From Candidatus Hadarchaeota archaeon (GTDB lineage Archaea; Hadarchaeota; Hadarchaeia; Hadarchaeales; JAGGTB01): a stretch of DNA of 64,000 nt. Below the pieces are notes generated by a model. It was not told the origin of the DNA and did not search any database. It saw only the letters and a list, made by a program, of their open reading frames with translations. This document shows, in pieces, positions 49,073 through 60,267 of this stretch. Every line of letters begins with the position of its first letter. Within the stretch, counting starts at the first letter, position 1. Location: positions 64,001 to 128,000 of the forward strand of contig CAYLJV010000004.1 in the NCBI GenBank assembly GCA_964384105.1, read 5' to 3'. A program made the translations under genes and the position numbers.

Positions 49073-50655
49073 GCATATTGCTCATCCTAGCAGTAGGTTT
49101 TCTACTCGGAGAGTTAGCCGGACGATTGGGGTTACCTAAGTTGATAGGTATGTTGTTCGGCGGAATACTCATAGGACCAAACGTTCTAGATCTCTTGACT
49201 GAACCGATATATGCAGTATCAAACGAGATAAGATTGTTCGTTCTTTTAGTGATCCTATTCAAAGCAGGACTCGGTCTTGATAAGGAGAAATTGATGGCTC
49301 AGGGTAGCGTTGCATTGAGGCTTGGGTCCATCCCCTGTATTTTGGAAACGTTCGTTGTTGCCGCCACCACCAGGTGGTTGCTAGGGTGGGGTTGGATATA
49401 CTGTTTCTTACTAGGATGGATCATCTGCGCGGCCTCTCCCGCCGTGATAGTTCCAATGATGCTGAAGTTGAAGTCAAAAGGATGGGGTTCAGAAAAAGGG
49501 ATACCCGACCTGATACTTGCAGGAGGTACCTTGAGTGATGCTGTAGCGGTAACAATGTTCGGCATCACGACTGCCTGGATAGTCGGTAACGGTCAAAACG
49601 CATGGCTACAATTAGGAAACATTCCGTTCAAGATCATCATGGGAATCGTTTTAGGATATGTTGCTGGACGGTTAGCTTTGTTGGTCATCGATAGGGCAAA
49701 GCTGACAGGAGAGGTCATACCCGAGCTAATAATAAGTCTTGGTATAGGTATCCTTCTACTTGTTGGCGAAGCATACCTACCTTACTCGGATTATCTAGCT
49801 ATAATGGTCATGGGTTTTGTTATATTAGACAGGGATACTGTGCTTGCTAGAAGGTTGAGGCGTGAAGTCGACAAGGTGTGGCAGGTGGGGGAAATATTCC
49901 TATTTGTACTGATAGGTGCAGCGGTAGATATACATGTAATATCTTCAACCGGTCTTACCGGTTTAGCAATAATCGGCATCGGTTTGATCGTTGGAAGGAC
50001 TTTGGGTATATGGGTGTCCACTTGGCGTTCTATAATAAATTTTAAGGAGAGAATATTCATGATCATAGGTCAAACTCCTAAGGCAACAGTTCAAGCTGCC
50101 ATAGGTGGAATACCTCTGACTCTAGGTATGATGCATGGGGAATATATACTAGCCATCGCTGTACTATCCATAATCATCACCGCTCCTTTAGGGGCTTTTG
50201 GAACAGAGTATTTTACACCAAAATTCCTCAAAAAGGGTGAAGTAGATCCGACTAAAGTTACGGTGAAAGAGGATTATAAGTTTCTTGTCGCGATGGATGG
50301 TTCTCGTGCATCAAGCAAAGCTTTGAAGGAAGCAGCCCGTATAGCTAGGCAGGTAGATGCAGAGTTGATAATCGTCAACATCTTTAACAAGATCGACAAG
50401 AAGCTCTCATCCGAGAGGATAGAAAGTGAACTCGAAGTAGTTGAAGATATCGACCATGAGTTTTTGATGTATGAAGGAGATTGTGCAGAATGTATAGTTA
50501 AGACCGCCCTGGCTTATGACGTAGACTCCTTGTATATGGGTAAAACCGGTAACTCTTCAGGCAACAATACATTGATCGGTAGAGTCAGTAAGGAGGTGGT
50601 TGAGAAGTCTCCCATACCAGTGATACTGGTGGAGGATGATTCAGATGATGAATGA
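49063..50655 (+). CDS. Cation:proton antiporter (NHA/SLC9B-like) fused to universal stress protein domain
   Basis: ASPAVIVPMM, PKATVQAAIG; C-terminal LVAMDGS..GRVSKEVVEKSPIPVILV USP. Confidence 0.9.
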   Translation: MLLGILLILAVGFLLGELAGRLGLPKLIGMLFGGILIGPNVLDLLTEPIYAVSNEIRLFVLLVILFKAGLGLDKEKLMAQGSVALRLGSIPCILETFVVAATTRWLLGWGWIYCFLLGWIICAASPAVIVPMMLKLKSKGWGSEKGIPDLILAGGTLSDAVAVTMFGITTAWIVGNGQNAWLQLGNIPFKIIMGIVLGYVAGRLALLVIDRAKLTGEVIPELIISLGIGILLLVGEAYLPYSDYLAIMVMGFVILDRDTVLARRLRREVDKVWQVGEIFLFVLIGAAVDIHVISSTGLTGLAIIGIGLIVGRTLGIWVSTWRSIINFKERIFMIIGQTPKATVQAAIGGIPLTLGMMHGEYILAIAVLSIIITAPLGAFGTEYFTPKFLKKGEVDPTKVTVKEDYKFLVAMDGSRASSKALKEAARIARQVDAELIIVNIFNKIDKKLSSERIESELEVVEDIDHEFLMYEGDCAECIVKTALAYDVDSLYMGKTGNSSGNNTLIGRVSKEVVEKSPIPVILVEDDSDDE

Positions 50656-50749
50656 TACTTATACCGTACTGAAAACCTTGGCAGAGGTTATAGTAGATTC
50701 CGAGCGATCTACTTGCTGGAAATGTATCAAAAAAAGGATTTTTTTCTCT

Positions 50750-51100
50750 CAATATCTAAAGTCGTACTCTTTTTTGATCAGCTCTCTGACCACATTCTGG
50801 TTGTCAGCTCGTTCGTGAAGTTTCCAGATGCCTTGAACCTTTTTAAAATCTTCAAGATAATATGGCTCTTCAAACATCTAATGATTTAACTATTCTTACG
50901 AGCATACGCCAATATAATCATCCGACCACAATACCATATATCAGCCAAGCTCCAGCGTCCAATGAGAATGTATCAGGATAAGGAGGTTCCATGCTCTACG
51001 CACTCAAAAACTCGATTCTTATTCCCACTGAGATTCCCAAACCCATGACAAAGGGAACAACGAGTCAGGTCTTTTATCATACTATCTGTTGGGAAATATC
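50750..51100 (-). pseudogene. Possible degraded gene fragments
   Basis: Stop-interrupted hydrophobic frame (LVVPFVMGLGISVG..AWLIYGIVVG) and short ORF MFEEPYYLEDF. Confidence 0.25.
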
Positions 51101-51307
51101 CCCATAACTGATATTTAAGAGCTATTGCTAAATTAATTGGAATTAAGGTTTATTCTTAGAAACACCCCCGTTAACACCCAGAAACTCAAAAGACAAACAG
51201 AACCAACATGAAAATAAATCTCAGGAAGGGCTAGATGAGAGTTATGTTTTGTGAACAAGTTGCTTTTCCAAATCGGAAATAAAAATAAGGAAAAGAGGGT
51301 TTCTCTA

Positions 51308-51595
51308 CTATTCTTTTATGGCTTTTATTAGTTCATCAATTTTCATAGCTCGCATCGTTTCGAGCTGTATAGATCCTCTGGATCCGATTTCTACCGATAT
51401 TTTTGCCATGGTTTCGGCGTCCGGGACTTCTAATACATTTACGAAGTCATATTGGCCAAAGACAATATATTGATTTTTAACTTCTCCACCCATCTTTTCT
51501 ATCTCATCGTTGACTTCTTTTATCCTATCTGGATTCTTCTTCAGAGTTTTTCTTCCCTCATCTGTTAACCGACTAAGAACAATATAAGTAGTCAA
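51308..51595 (-). CDS. GYD domain protein
   Basis: FGQYDFV motif; TTG start after GGAGGTGA. Confidence 0.9.
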   Translation of the reverse strand: MTTYIVLSRLTDEGRKTLKKNPDRIKEVNDEIEKMGGEVKNQYIVFGQYDFVNVLEVPDAETMAKISVEIGSRGSIQLETMRAMKIDELIKAIKE

Positions 51596-51790
51596 TCTTT
51601 TCACCTCCGTAGTAGTTTAGGCGGTTCAGTTTGTTAATTCTAATCTTTTTGATTGGACAGGAGAAAAACAAAAAGAAGTTAGATATATGGTGTTTTTTCT
51701 GTGAAAAACAATTTACTAGCATAGATAGGAGATTATGTTGGTCGGAACAGATTAAAACTTCAATAAGGTGTAAATCTATTCATAGGTATT

Positions 51791-53734
51791 ATGATGAAGA
51801 GAGGAGGAAAAAAGAAGAGAGACAGTGGAGCATCTTATGACAAAAGCCTTCTTACTGATCACGATATTTACCTTTTTAAAGAAGGAAATCACTTTAAGCT
51901 CTACGAAAAGTTAGGTTCCCAACTGATTTCCGATAGCGAAGGCGAAGGAGCTTATTTTGCGGTTTGGGCCCCCAATGCTTCCGAAATATCGGTCATTGGC
52001 GATTTTAATGGTTGGAACAGTGGGAAAAATCCTTTAGAGAAAAGAAGTGATGATTCAGGGATTTGGGAAGGTTTTATTCCTGGTATTAGCCAGGGGGAGG
52101 TATACAAATATCACATAAAATCTGGGAACGGGAATTATGAGGTTGATAAGGCCGACCCATTTGCTTTCCGCAATGAAGAACCCCCAAAAACCGCTTCGGT
52201 AGTTTGGGATCTTGATTACGATTGGGATGATAAAGAATGGATGAAAAAGCGGTCTGACTTTAATTCGCTTAATTCTCCTATCTCCGTTTACGAAATTCAC
52301 CTCGGTTCTTGGAAACGAGTTTCAGGAGAAGGAAATCGATATCTTAACTATCGGGAATTTGCTCCAGAACTCGTGAGCCACTTAGATGAAACAGGCTTTA
52401 CCCACGTGGAGTTTATGCCGTTACTCGAACATCCTTTTTATGGATCTTGGGGATACCAGGCTACGGGATATTTTTCACCCACTAGTCGGTATGGAGATCC
52501 GGAAGATCTGATGTATCTAATTGATTACCTTCATCAACATGATATTGGGGTGATTATGGATTGGGTTCCGTCTCATTTTCCTGCTGATGAGCACGGACTT
52601 AGTTACTTTGACGGGTCTCATCTTTACGAATACGAGGATCCCAGGAAGGGGTATCATCCCGATTGGAATAGCTATATTTTCGATTATGGGCGGGAAGGAG
52701 TAAGAAACTTCCTTATTAGTAGCGCGTTATTTTGGCTGGATAGATACCATCTGGATGGCTTGAGAATTGATGGAGTTGCCTCAATGTTGTATTTGGATTA
52801 TTCTAGACGCTCTGGTGAGTGGATTCCTAATAGGTATGGAGGAAGAGAGAACCTCGAAGCCATCGATTTTTTGAAAAGTCTGAACAGAGAAGCCTTCAAA
52901 AAGTTTCCTGATATTCAGATGGTAGCTGAGGAGTCCACAGCATGGCCTATGGTTACTAGGCCAACTTCAGTTGGTGGACTTGGGTTTAGCATGAAGTGGA
53001 ATATGGGTTGGATGCATGATACGTTAGACTATTTTTCTAAGGACCCAATTTATAGAAAGTTCCATCAGAACGAGTTAACCTTTAGCTTTTACTATGCATT
53101 TGACGAGAACTTTATTCTCTCCCTTTCCCACGACGAGGTGGTTCATGGAAAGGGTTCTCTTCTCGATAAGATGTCGGGGGATGATTGGCAAAAATTTGCT
53201 AATCTCCGTCTTTTATTAGGTTATATGTTTGCACATCCCGGGAAGAAATTGCTGTTCATGGGTGCCGAGTTTGGCCAGTGGGACGAATGGGATCATGATA
53301 AAAGTCTAGATTGGCATCTCGCACAATACGATCGGCATAGAGCTATTCAGAATTGGGTGAAGGACTTAAATGACTTTTACAGAAAGGAGCCAATTATGCA
53401 TGAGAATGATTTCAAGCATAAAGGATTTGAATGGATAAGTTCTGATTTTGAGAACAGTGTTTTATCTTTTTTGAGGAAAGATAATAAATCTAATTATATG
53501 TTGTCAGTCTGCAACTTTACCCCGGTTCCTCGAGAAAATTATCGAGTAGGAGTTCCTCTGGAGGGTAAATGGAAAGAGGTTCTAAATAGTGATGCTGAGG
53601 ATTACGGTGGGTCGGGATATGGGAATTTCGGTGGTCTTGAGACGGCTCCTGTCTCGATGCACGGTAGGGAAAAATCCCTTTCTTTGACACTTCCTCCTTT
53701 AGGCATAGTTTTCTTCAGTGGACCAAAACGATAG
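51791..53734 (+). CDS. glgB: 1,4-alpha-glucan branching enzyme (GH13)
   Basis: [45 protein letters not shown]. Confidence 0.96.
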   Translation: MMKRGGKKKRDSGASYDKSLLTDHDIYLFKEGNHFKLYEKLGSQLISDSEGEGAYFAVWAPNASEISVIGDFNGWNSGKNPLEKRSDDSGIWEGFIPGISQGEVYKYHIKSGNGNYEVDKADPFAFRNEEPPKTASVVWDLDYDWDDKEWMKKRSDFNSLNSPISVYEIHLGSWKRVSGEGNRYLNYREFAPELVSHLDETGFTHVEFMPLLEHPFYGSWGYQATGYFSPTSRYGDPEDLMYLIDYLHQHDIGVIMDWVPSHFPADEHGLSYFDGSHLYEYEDPRKGYHPDWNSYIFDYGREGVRNFLISSALFWLDRYHLDGLRIDGVASMLYLDYSRRSGEWIPNRYGGRENLEAIDFLKSLNREAFKKFPDIQMVAEESTAWPMVTRPTSVGGLGFSMKWNMGWMHDTLDYFSKDPIYRKFHQNELTFSFYYAFDENFILSLSHDEVVHGKGSLLDKMSGDDWQKFANLRLLLGYMFAHPGKKLLFMGAEFGQWDEWDHDKSLDWHLAQYDRHRAIQNWVKDLNDFYRKEPIMHENDFKHKGFEWISSDFENSVLSFLRKDNKSNYMLSVCNFTPVPRENYRVGVPLEGKWKEVLNSDAEDYGGSGYGNFGGLETAPVSMHGREKSLSLTLPPLGIVFFSGPKR

Positions 53735-53944
53735 ATTAGAATATTGGTGACGAAAGTTGTGGGTTCCGGAGTTGAATCCTTTTTTAGAAAGTTGTTGTGG
53801 AAGTATTTTACTTGATGGAAAAAGATTATTTTCTTTACTGAGAAAAAGTGAATGGAGTTAATACGTGTTGCGAGGAAATGTGAAAGGGTATCAAAATTTA
53901 CGAATTAACCCCAAAATCATTGTATATTATGAAAAGGGAGAACT

Positions 53945-56368
53945 ATGAGCCAGGAGATCTGTATCCATGGTCATTTCTACCAGCCTCCTAGGGAGAATCC
54001 ATGGTTGGAAGAGGTTGAATTTCAGGATTCTGCTAAACCCTACCATGATTGGAATGAGAGAATAACTGATGAATGCTATGCTCCGAATACTGCGTCAAGA
54101 ATTTTGGATTCAGAAAGGCGGATAATTGATGTTGTTGATAACTATTCAAGAATGAGTTTCAATTTTGGTCCAACTCTTCTTTCGTGGATGGAGGATCACG
54201 CTCCTGATGTTTATCAGAGTATTCTTGAATCTGATAAAGAGAGTCAAGAAAAATTTTCAGGACATGGATCTGCTATTGCTCAGGCCTATAATCATATGAT
54301 AATGCCCCTTGCTAACGAGAAAGATAAGAGAACTCAGGTGGTCTGGGGTTTAAGAGATTTTAAAGAGAGATTTGAAAGAGACCCGGAGGGTATGTGGCTT
54401 CCAGAAACCGCTGTAGATCTGGAGACTTTGGATATAATGGCAGAGTACGGAATTAAATTTACAATACTTGCCCCCAGACAGGCTAAGAGAGTCAGAAAGA
54501 TTGGGGAAGAAGAGTGGAAGGATGTTAGTGAAGAAAAGGTCGATCCGAGAAGACCATATTTATGTAATCTGAAATCGGGAAGAAGTATTGTCATATTTTT
54601 CTATAATGGTCCTATATCAAAGGATGTGGGTTTTGGAGACCTTATCCACAATGGTGAAAAATTTGCCGAAAGGTTAATCGGGTCCTTTTCTGAAGGAGAT
54701 ACCGACTCCCAAATTGTGAATATAGCTACCGATGGAGAGACATATGGACACCACCACAGGTTTGGGGATATGACGCTGGCTAGATGCTTGTATAAGATCG
54801 AATCTAGCGACAATGCGGAACTTACTGTCTATGGAAAATATTTGGAGGAAAATCCTCCGGAGTACGAGGTTGAAATCTTTGAAAATACTTCATGGAGTTG
54901 TGTACACGGTGTAGAAAGATGGAAAGATGATTGTGGATGCAACTCGGGTTCAAATCCCGATTGGAATCAAAAATGGAGAAAACCTTTGCGTAAGGCAATG
55001 AACCAGCTTAGAGATTCGCTTGCTTCTATTTATGAAAAGAATGCCGATTATTTCCTGAAGGATCCGTGGGAAGCTAGAAATGACTACATAGATGTTGTCT
55101 TGGACCGTTCTTCGGAAAATGTGAGAGCTTATCTTTCTAAACATTCGAAGAAGGATTTATCTCCTGAAGAAACTGTGAAGGTTCTTAAACTACTAGAGAT
55201 GCAAAGAAATTCCATGTTGATGTTTACTAGTTGCGGCTGGTTCTTCGATGAAATTTCGGGAGAAGAAGCTGTGCAAGTGATGCGTTATGCAGCCCGGGCA
55301 ATGCAGTTAGCTCAGGACCTTAATGGAAGTAATCTGGAATCGGAATATCTAAAGATTCTAGAGCAAGCACCCAGCAATGTTCAGAAGTATAAGAATGGAG
55401 TAGAGGTTTTTGAAGATTTGGTTAAATCAAGTGTTGTTGATTTTCCACGTGTATGTGCTCACTATGCTGTGTCCTCGCTTTTCGAGGATTACCCAGATAA
55501 AACTGTGATTGATTGCTTCAATTTAGACAGGGAAATATATGAATTGGAGAATGTGGGGGATCAGAAGCTTGCTGTGGGGAAAGTGGGCGTGAGATCCAAT
55601 ATTACTTGGGAGGAGCGGTCGTTGGCCTTTGCGGTACTATATATGGGAGACCATAACATAATCGGTGGAGTTCTCGAGAACTTTGAGAATGAGTACTTTG
55701 AGGAGATCAAAGGGAGAGTAAAAAAATCATTTCAGAAAAGTAATATTTCTGAGACATTTCATGTGATAGATGAGAACTTTGGAGAAAACAATTACTCATT
55801 ATGGCATCTCTTTAGAGATGAGCAAAGAAAGGTCCTCAAACAGATATTAGAGCCTAAAATTAAAGAAACGGAAAAGATTCTCCACGAGCGATACCAGGAT
55901 TTTTATCCGACGATAAGAGCGATAAGAGAAATCCAATATCCCATGCCAAAGATTATCAAAAGGATTGGGGATTTTGTCCTCAACTTGGATTTAAGGAATT
56001 TGCTGAGAAGAGAAGATTTGGATTTAGGAGAGCTTCAGGAACTTGTTGTTGAAATTAAAATCGGATCTTTTGAGGTGGATAAAACTATGATTGGCTATGA
56101 AGCTACGAGAAAAGTTAATGAATTGATGGATAAACTTTCTCAAAATCCAGAGGATACATATATTCTAAAGAAAGTTGAGAATATTCTCGAGATTTTATTG
56201 GACTTGGACCTAGATTTGAACTTTTGGAAAGCTCAGAATGCTTATTTCTCTGTAGGGAAAGCAATTTACCATAAAATGAAAGATAGAGCTGATCAGGATA
56301 AAGATGCTGAAAGGTGGATAGAAACTTTTGATAAATTAGGAAATTATCTGAACGTGAAAATATCATGA
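53945..56368 (+). CDS. GH57 family glycoside hydrolase with DUF3536
   Basis: HGHFYQPPRENPW, WLPETA, DGETYGHH, MFTSCGWFFDE. Confidence 0.92.
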   Translation: MSQEICIHGHFYQPPRENPWLEEVEFQDSAKPYHDWNERITDECYAPNTASRILDSERRIIDVVDNYSRMSFNFGPTLLSWMEDHAPDVYQSILESDKESQEKFSGHGSAIAQAYNHMIMPLANEKDKRTQVVWGLRDFKERFERDPEGMWLPETAVDLETLDIMAEYGIKFTILAPRQAKRVRKIGEEEWKDVSEEKVDPRRPYLCNLKSGRSIVIFFYNGPISKDVGFGDLIHNGEKFAERLIGSFSEGDTDSQIVNIATDGETYGHHHRFGDMTLARCLYKIESSDNAELTVYGKYLEENPPEYEVEIFENTSWSCVHGVERWKDDCGCNSGSNPDWNQKWRKPLRKAMNQLRDSLASIYEKNADYFLKDPWEARNDYIDVVLDRSSENVRAYLSKHSKKDLSPEETVKVLKLLEMQRNSMLMFTSCGWFFDEISGEEAVQVMRYAARAMQLAQDLNGSNLESEYLKILEQAPSNVQKYKNGVEVFEDLVKSSVVDFPRVCAHYAVSSLFEDYPDKTVIDCFNLDREIYELENVGDQKLAVGKVGVRSNITWEERSLAFAVLYMGDHNIIGGVLENFENEYFEEIKGRVKKSFQKSNISETFHVIDENFGENNYSLWHLFRDEQRKVLKQILEPKIKETEKILHERYQDFYPTIRAIREIQYPMPKIIKRIGDFVLNLDLRNLLRREDLDLGELQELVVEIKIGSFEVDKTMIGYEATRKVNELMDKLSQNPEDTYILKKVENILEILLDLDLDLNFWKAQNAYFSVGKAIYHKMKDRADQDKDAERWIETFDKLGNYLNVKIS

Positions 56369-56488
56369 ATACGTTTCCAAACTTTGATCATAGTCTGCGA
56401 TTTGATTCTTCTTTTATGTTAACTGGGAAGACTTTTGAATCGAAAAAAACTGCTTTCCTTGAGAGTTTCTTTCAGGAGTTGGTTTAAA

Positions 56489-57988
56489 TTGAATAAGAGA
56501 GGAAGCGGAGTACTACTTCACATATCTTCTCTTCCTTCACCTTTTGGTATCGGGGATCTGGGGCCATCCGCATACGAATTCGCCGATATTTTGGGCCATA
56601 CTTTACAGAGTTTCTGGCAGATATTGCCTTTGAATCCAACTACCTCGGATGGAAATCCTTATCATGGTGAGTCTTCGTTCGCAGGAAATCCGGATCTCAT
56701 TAGCCCAGAACTCCTTTTGGAGCGTGGGTTGATTGATGAAGGTGATATGAATGACCCTCCTCATTTTCCAGAAAATGAAGTAGTCTACTCCAAAGTTTCA
56801 TCTTACAAAAAACAATTGCTTGAGATAGCATACGAAAATTTCTTGGAAAATGGAAAGAACGAAGCGTTCGAAAATTTTTGTGCAAGTAATTCTTGGTGGC
56901 TTGATGACTATGTTTTGTTTTCGGCTCTAAAGGATCACTATGATGGGGCTTCTTGGAAGGATTGGCCTCCGGATATTAGAGATAGGGAGAAATCCTCCAT
57001 AGAAAAATATAGAAAAGGACTTGAAAGGGAAATTGAGAGGAAAAAGTTTTTTCAATATATCTTCTTCGATCAGTGGTTTTCGCTTAAGGATTATTGCAAT
57101 AAAAACGGAATTAAGATATTCGGCGACCTCCCGGTCTACCTGAACTACGAAAGTGCAGATGTTTGGAAAAATCCTGAGCTTTTCAAACTGGATGAAGAAA
57201 AGAGATTGAAGGTTTATTCTGGTGTTCCACCCGATGATTTTAGTGACACAGGACAATTGTGGAGACATCCGATATATCGCTGGGATAAATTGAAAGAACA
57301 GGATTATGCTTGGTGGTTTAAGCGTTTGGATCATAAGTTAGAGCTTTATGATCTTTTGAGGATAGATCATTTTCGGGGCTATGTGGCCTACTGGGAGGTT
57401 CCAGCAGGAGAGAATACAGCAGCTAGTGGGAACTGGGTTGATGGTCCGGCTTTGGATCTGTTTCCAAAACTGATAGATAGATACCCAAATATGCCAATTA
57501 TTGTAGAGGACCTTGGTGAGATTACTCCAGATGTTATAGAGATTAGAGACAGATTTGATTTTCCTGGAATGGAAGTTTTGTTATTCGCTTTTGGTGAAGA
57601 TTTTCCTACGAATCCTCACCTACCACATAACCACAAAAAAAATAGCTTAGCTTGCACGGGGACTCACGATAATAATACTGTGATTGGCTGGTTTGAGAAT
57701 GAGGCAGGGCAGAATGAGAAGGAGAGATTATTTGAGTATCTTGGCTATAGGGTTCCTACCGAAGAAATTCATTGGTCATTCATTCGTCTGGCAATGATGT
57801 CGGTAGCGAATCTCGCGAGTTTTCCTATTCAAGATATACTTGGGTTGGGGGAAGAGTCTCGTATGAATAATCCTGCCGGATCAAAGAAGAATTGGCGTTG
57901 GCGACTTTCCGCAGAACAGATGGAGAGTTTTCCGAAGGAAAGGTTAAGGAATATTACTTCTACTTATGGTAGGTCAAGAGAAGCTTGA
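56489..57988 (+). CDS. malQ: 4-alpha-glucanotransferase (amylomaltase, GH77)
   Basis: RGSGVLLHISSLP, GVPPDDFS, RIDHFRG, EDLG, THDN; likely TTG start 56489. Confidence 0.95.
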   Translation: MNKRGSGVLLHISSLPSPFGIGDLGPSAYEFADILGHTLQSFWQILPLNPTTSDGNPYHGESSFAGNPDLISPELLLERGLIDEGDMNDPPHFPENEVVYSKVSSYKKQLLEIAYENFLENGKNEAFENFCASNSWWLDDYVLFSALKDHYDGASWKDWPPDIRDREKSSIEKYRKGLEREIERKKFFQYIFFDQWFSLKDYCNKNGIKIFGDLPVYLNYESADVWKNPELFKLDEEKRLKVYSGVPPDDFSDTGQLWRHPIYRWDKLKEQDYAWWFKRLDHKLELYDLLRIDHFRGYVAYWEVPAGENTAASGNWVDGPALDLFPKLIDRYPNMPIIVEDLGEITPDVIEIRDRFDFPGMEVLLFAFGEDFPTNPHLPHNHKKNSLACTGTHDNNTVIGWFENEAGQNEKERLFEYLGYRVPTEEIHWSFIRLAMMSVANLASFPIQDILGLGEESRMNNPAGSKKNWRWRLSAEQMESFPKERLRNITSTYGRSREA

Positions 57989-58011
57989 TTTGAAGTCCTA
58001 GTTTTACCGAT

Positions 58012-58824
58012 TCAGTCCAGAAATAGAGTTATTGGTACCCTCGTTTTCTCTCTTAGCTCTTCGACTTCGTTTTCTAGTCTCCATTTGTAAGAGGATTTAT
58101 TTTTACTAATGCTTTCATAGTTTTTTCTTAAACTAGGGTAATTTTTATCGATAGTTTCCATTATGATTCTTTTTTTACTTCTCCAATTTATGTCTTCTAT
58201 CTGAAGTTCTTCAATGAACCCTTCCGTTCTTTTTAGTATTTCCTCGAGTTTGGTTATACTTTCGAAATAGGGCCCAATATGAACGTAGCAATCTATTCCA
58301 CTTTTCGAAAGTTCTTCCAACGCGCTCAGCCGGTCTTGTATTCTGGGGGCACTGGGTTCCCAGATTTCTCTATCTTTTTCGTTTAGAAAGTTTATTGTAA
58401 AGCCTACACAGATTCTATTTTTATTGAAATCATTTAGTATATCCAAGTCTCGAAGTATGAGATCACTTTTTGTTAAGATATTTACGGAGAATTTGGAATT
58501 AGCTAGCCTCTTTAGGATTTTTCTAGTAATCCTGTAATTTTCTTCTGCTGGCTGATATGGATCCGTCACAGAGGATAAAAGTATTGAACCTTTCCTTTTT
58601 TTCCTCAAATCTTTTTCTAAGATCTCTTTTGCGTTCTCTTTAACGTCTACGAAATTTCCCCAGGACTCATCGTGGTCGGTATACTGCGTCATAAATGTTG
58701 CATAGCAGTACTTGCATCCGTGTTCGCAGCCCGTGTAGGGGTTTATCGAGTAGTCTACTCCATATATACCCGAATTTGACATTATAGACTTACAAGCGAT
58801 TTCGTTGATTTCCATATTCCTCAT
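58012..58824 (-). CDS. Spore-photoproduct-lyase-like radical SAM protein
   Basis: NPYTGCEHGCKYCYA, SSVTDPYQP, LTKS. Confidence 0.88.
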   Translation of the reverse strand: MRNMEINEIACKSIMSNSGIYGVDYSINPYTGCEHGCKYCYATFMTQYTDHDESWGNFVDVKENAKEILEKDLRKKRKGSILLSSVTDPYQPAEENYRITRKILKRLANSKFSVNILTKSDLILRDLDILNDFNKNRICVGFTINFLNEKDREIWEPSAPRIQDRLSALEELSKSGIDCYVHIGPYFESITKLEEILKRTEGFIEELQIEDINWRSKKRIIMETIDKNYPSLRKNYESISKNKSSYKWRLENEVEELREKTRVPITLFLD

Positions 58825-58827
58825 CTA

Positions 58828-60174
58828 CTAAAAGAAATTCTCAATTCTTTGTTGAATCTTTCTTTCATTGAGCAACTCCGAAACAGACAACCATTCGGTG
58901 TAGTCTAAGTCCATCTTTTCGTCCAGATAGGAAAAGACCTGACTTTTTGTTTCAAACTTTCTCGGATCAGTCCTCAGTGCATTTCTTACTGATTCTCTTA
59001 CATTCCATACCCCTACGGGAAGTATGTATCCTGGGTGAGCCTCTCTTAACACTATCGCTCCAGCTTGTCTTCTTTTTTCATTCAATTTTTCTGCGACGGC
59101 GAGTCTGGCCGAGTAATAACATCCCCCTAACGAAGCATATTCCGTTCTACCATTCCAGTATTCATGGTCGCCGAAGATTACAATTCTATTGCTGCTTGGA
59201 TTCCAAGTGGTTTCTGGATAGAATGCCTCGATAAGTTCATATCGCCATACCGTAGGTGTAAATATTATCACCCATTGGTTATCTAGGTAATTGGTTGTAT
59301 AGACTTCGTATTCATCAATTGGTCGAAAGTTCTTCACTTTCTCTCTTAGATTTTTACCAATCATATCGTCCACTGCGGTTATACTCCAGCGGGTGGGTAC
59401 AAATTTCCTATTTCCTTCCAATCCTGTCCCACCAACCATAAAGATATCTTGAATTCGGGATATTCGAACACCACTCTCGTAGAGTTTCATAACTCCTGGT
59501 TCCGATTTTAGATCTGTGTCGTAGAATATTTTTTCTAAAATGTGATCACTGCTCATAGATCCCAATTCAAATCTTTTGATTCCTGCAGACGGCCCGTAAG
59601 GTTGGGACCTCCCGTCTAATCTGAATGATTCTGAGAGCTTTTTGCTAAATTGAATTTCGACTTCTGCAGGATTTTTAGCTAAGGCTATATGTCTTGTTCT
59701 TTCAACTTCTCTATCCATCTTGTCCGAGATTTTGATGTCTTCTTTGAGTCGTTTCTTTCCTCTCGCTAGGCTACTCCTGAAACTGATTATGTCATCTATT
59801 TCGGTTTTTCCAAACCACTTTTCAGGTGTTGAGAGTATCGAAGTATCACCTTTTTCTGGAGGCACAAGAGGGCCAACATTTACTTTTGGATATCCATACC
59901 TTCCTATGAATACAGAGGGAGGCGAGTTACCATCTAAAAAATCCGTATCGAGATTCTTCGTCCTTTTTCCATCTACCCTCGAGTAATATTTTGCTAGAAT
60001 GGGACATCTGGATTTCCCGCATAGCTTTTTGGTTCCCCTACACTTTAGGCAAACTGGTCTAGCTTTTGGATCTATTTTTGGAGCAATTTCCCTAGAGAAA
60101 GTCTTTAGGTTGTTTTCTTTTCCTTTCTTCGACTTTTTCTGGCTTATATACTTCTTAGGTGTTTTTCCAGGCAT
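58828..60174 (-). CDS. nreA: Nre family PCNA-interacting DNA repair protein
   Basis: CLKCRG..LCGKSRCP, PTRWSITAVDD, GGCYYSARLAV, C-terminal PIP box QQRIENFF. Confidence 0.93.
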   Translation of the reverse strand: MPGKTPKKYISQKKSKKGKENNLKTFSREIAPKIDPKARPVCLKCRGTKKLCGKSRCPILAKYYSRVDGKRTKNLDTDFLDGNSPPSVFIGRYGYPKVNVGPLVPPEKGDTSILSTPEKWFGKTEIDDIISFRSSLARGKKRLKEDIKISDKMDREVERTRHIALAKNPAEVEIQFSKKLSESFRLDGRSQPYGPSAGIKRFELGSMSSDHILEKIFYDTDLKSEPGVMKLYESGVRISRIQDIFMVGGTGLEGNRKFVPTRWSITAVDDMIGKNLREKVKNFRPIDEYEVYTTNYLDNQWVIIFTPTVWRYELIEAFYPETTWNPSSNRIVIFGDHEYWNGRTEYASLGGCYYSARLAVAEKLNEKRRQAGAIVLREAHPGYILPVGVWNVRESVRNALRTDPRKFETKSQVFSYLDEKMDLDYTEWLSVSELLNERKIQQRIENFF

Positions 60175-60267
60175 CTCGTTCTCTTAGTTTATTTTGTTTA
60201 GTACAAAGATTTAATTCTTGATTTGAGCTTGTAAATGGAGTTTATTTCCCTTTTACTTTTACCATTT

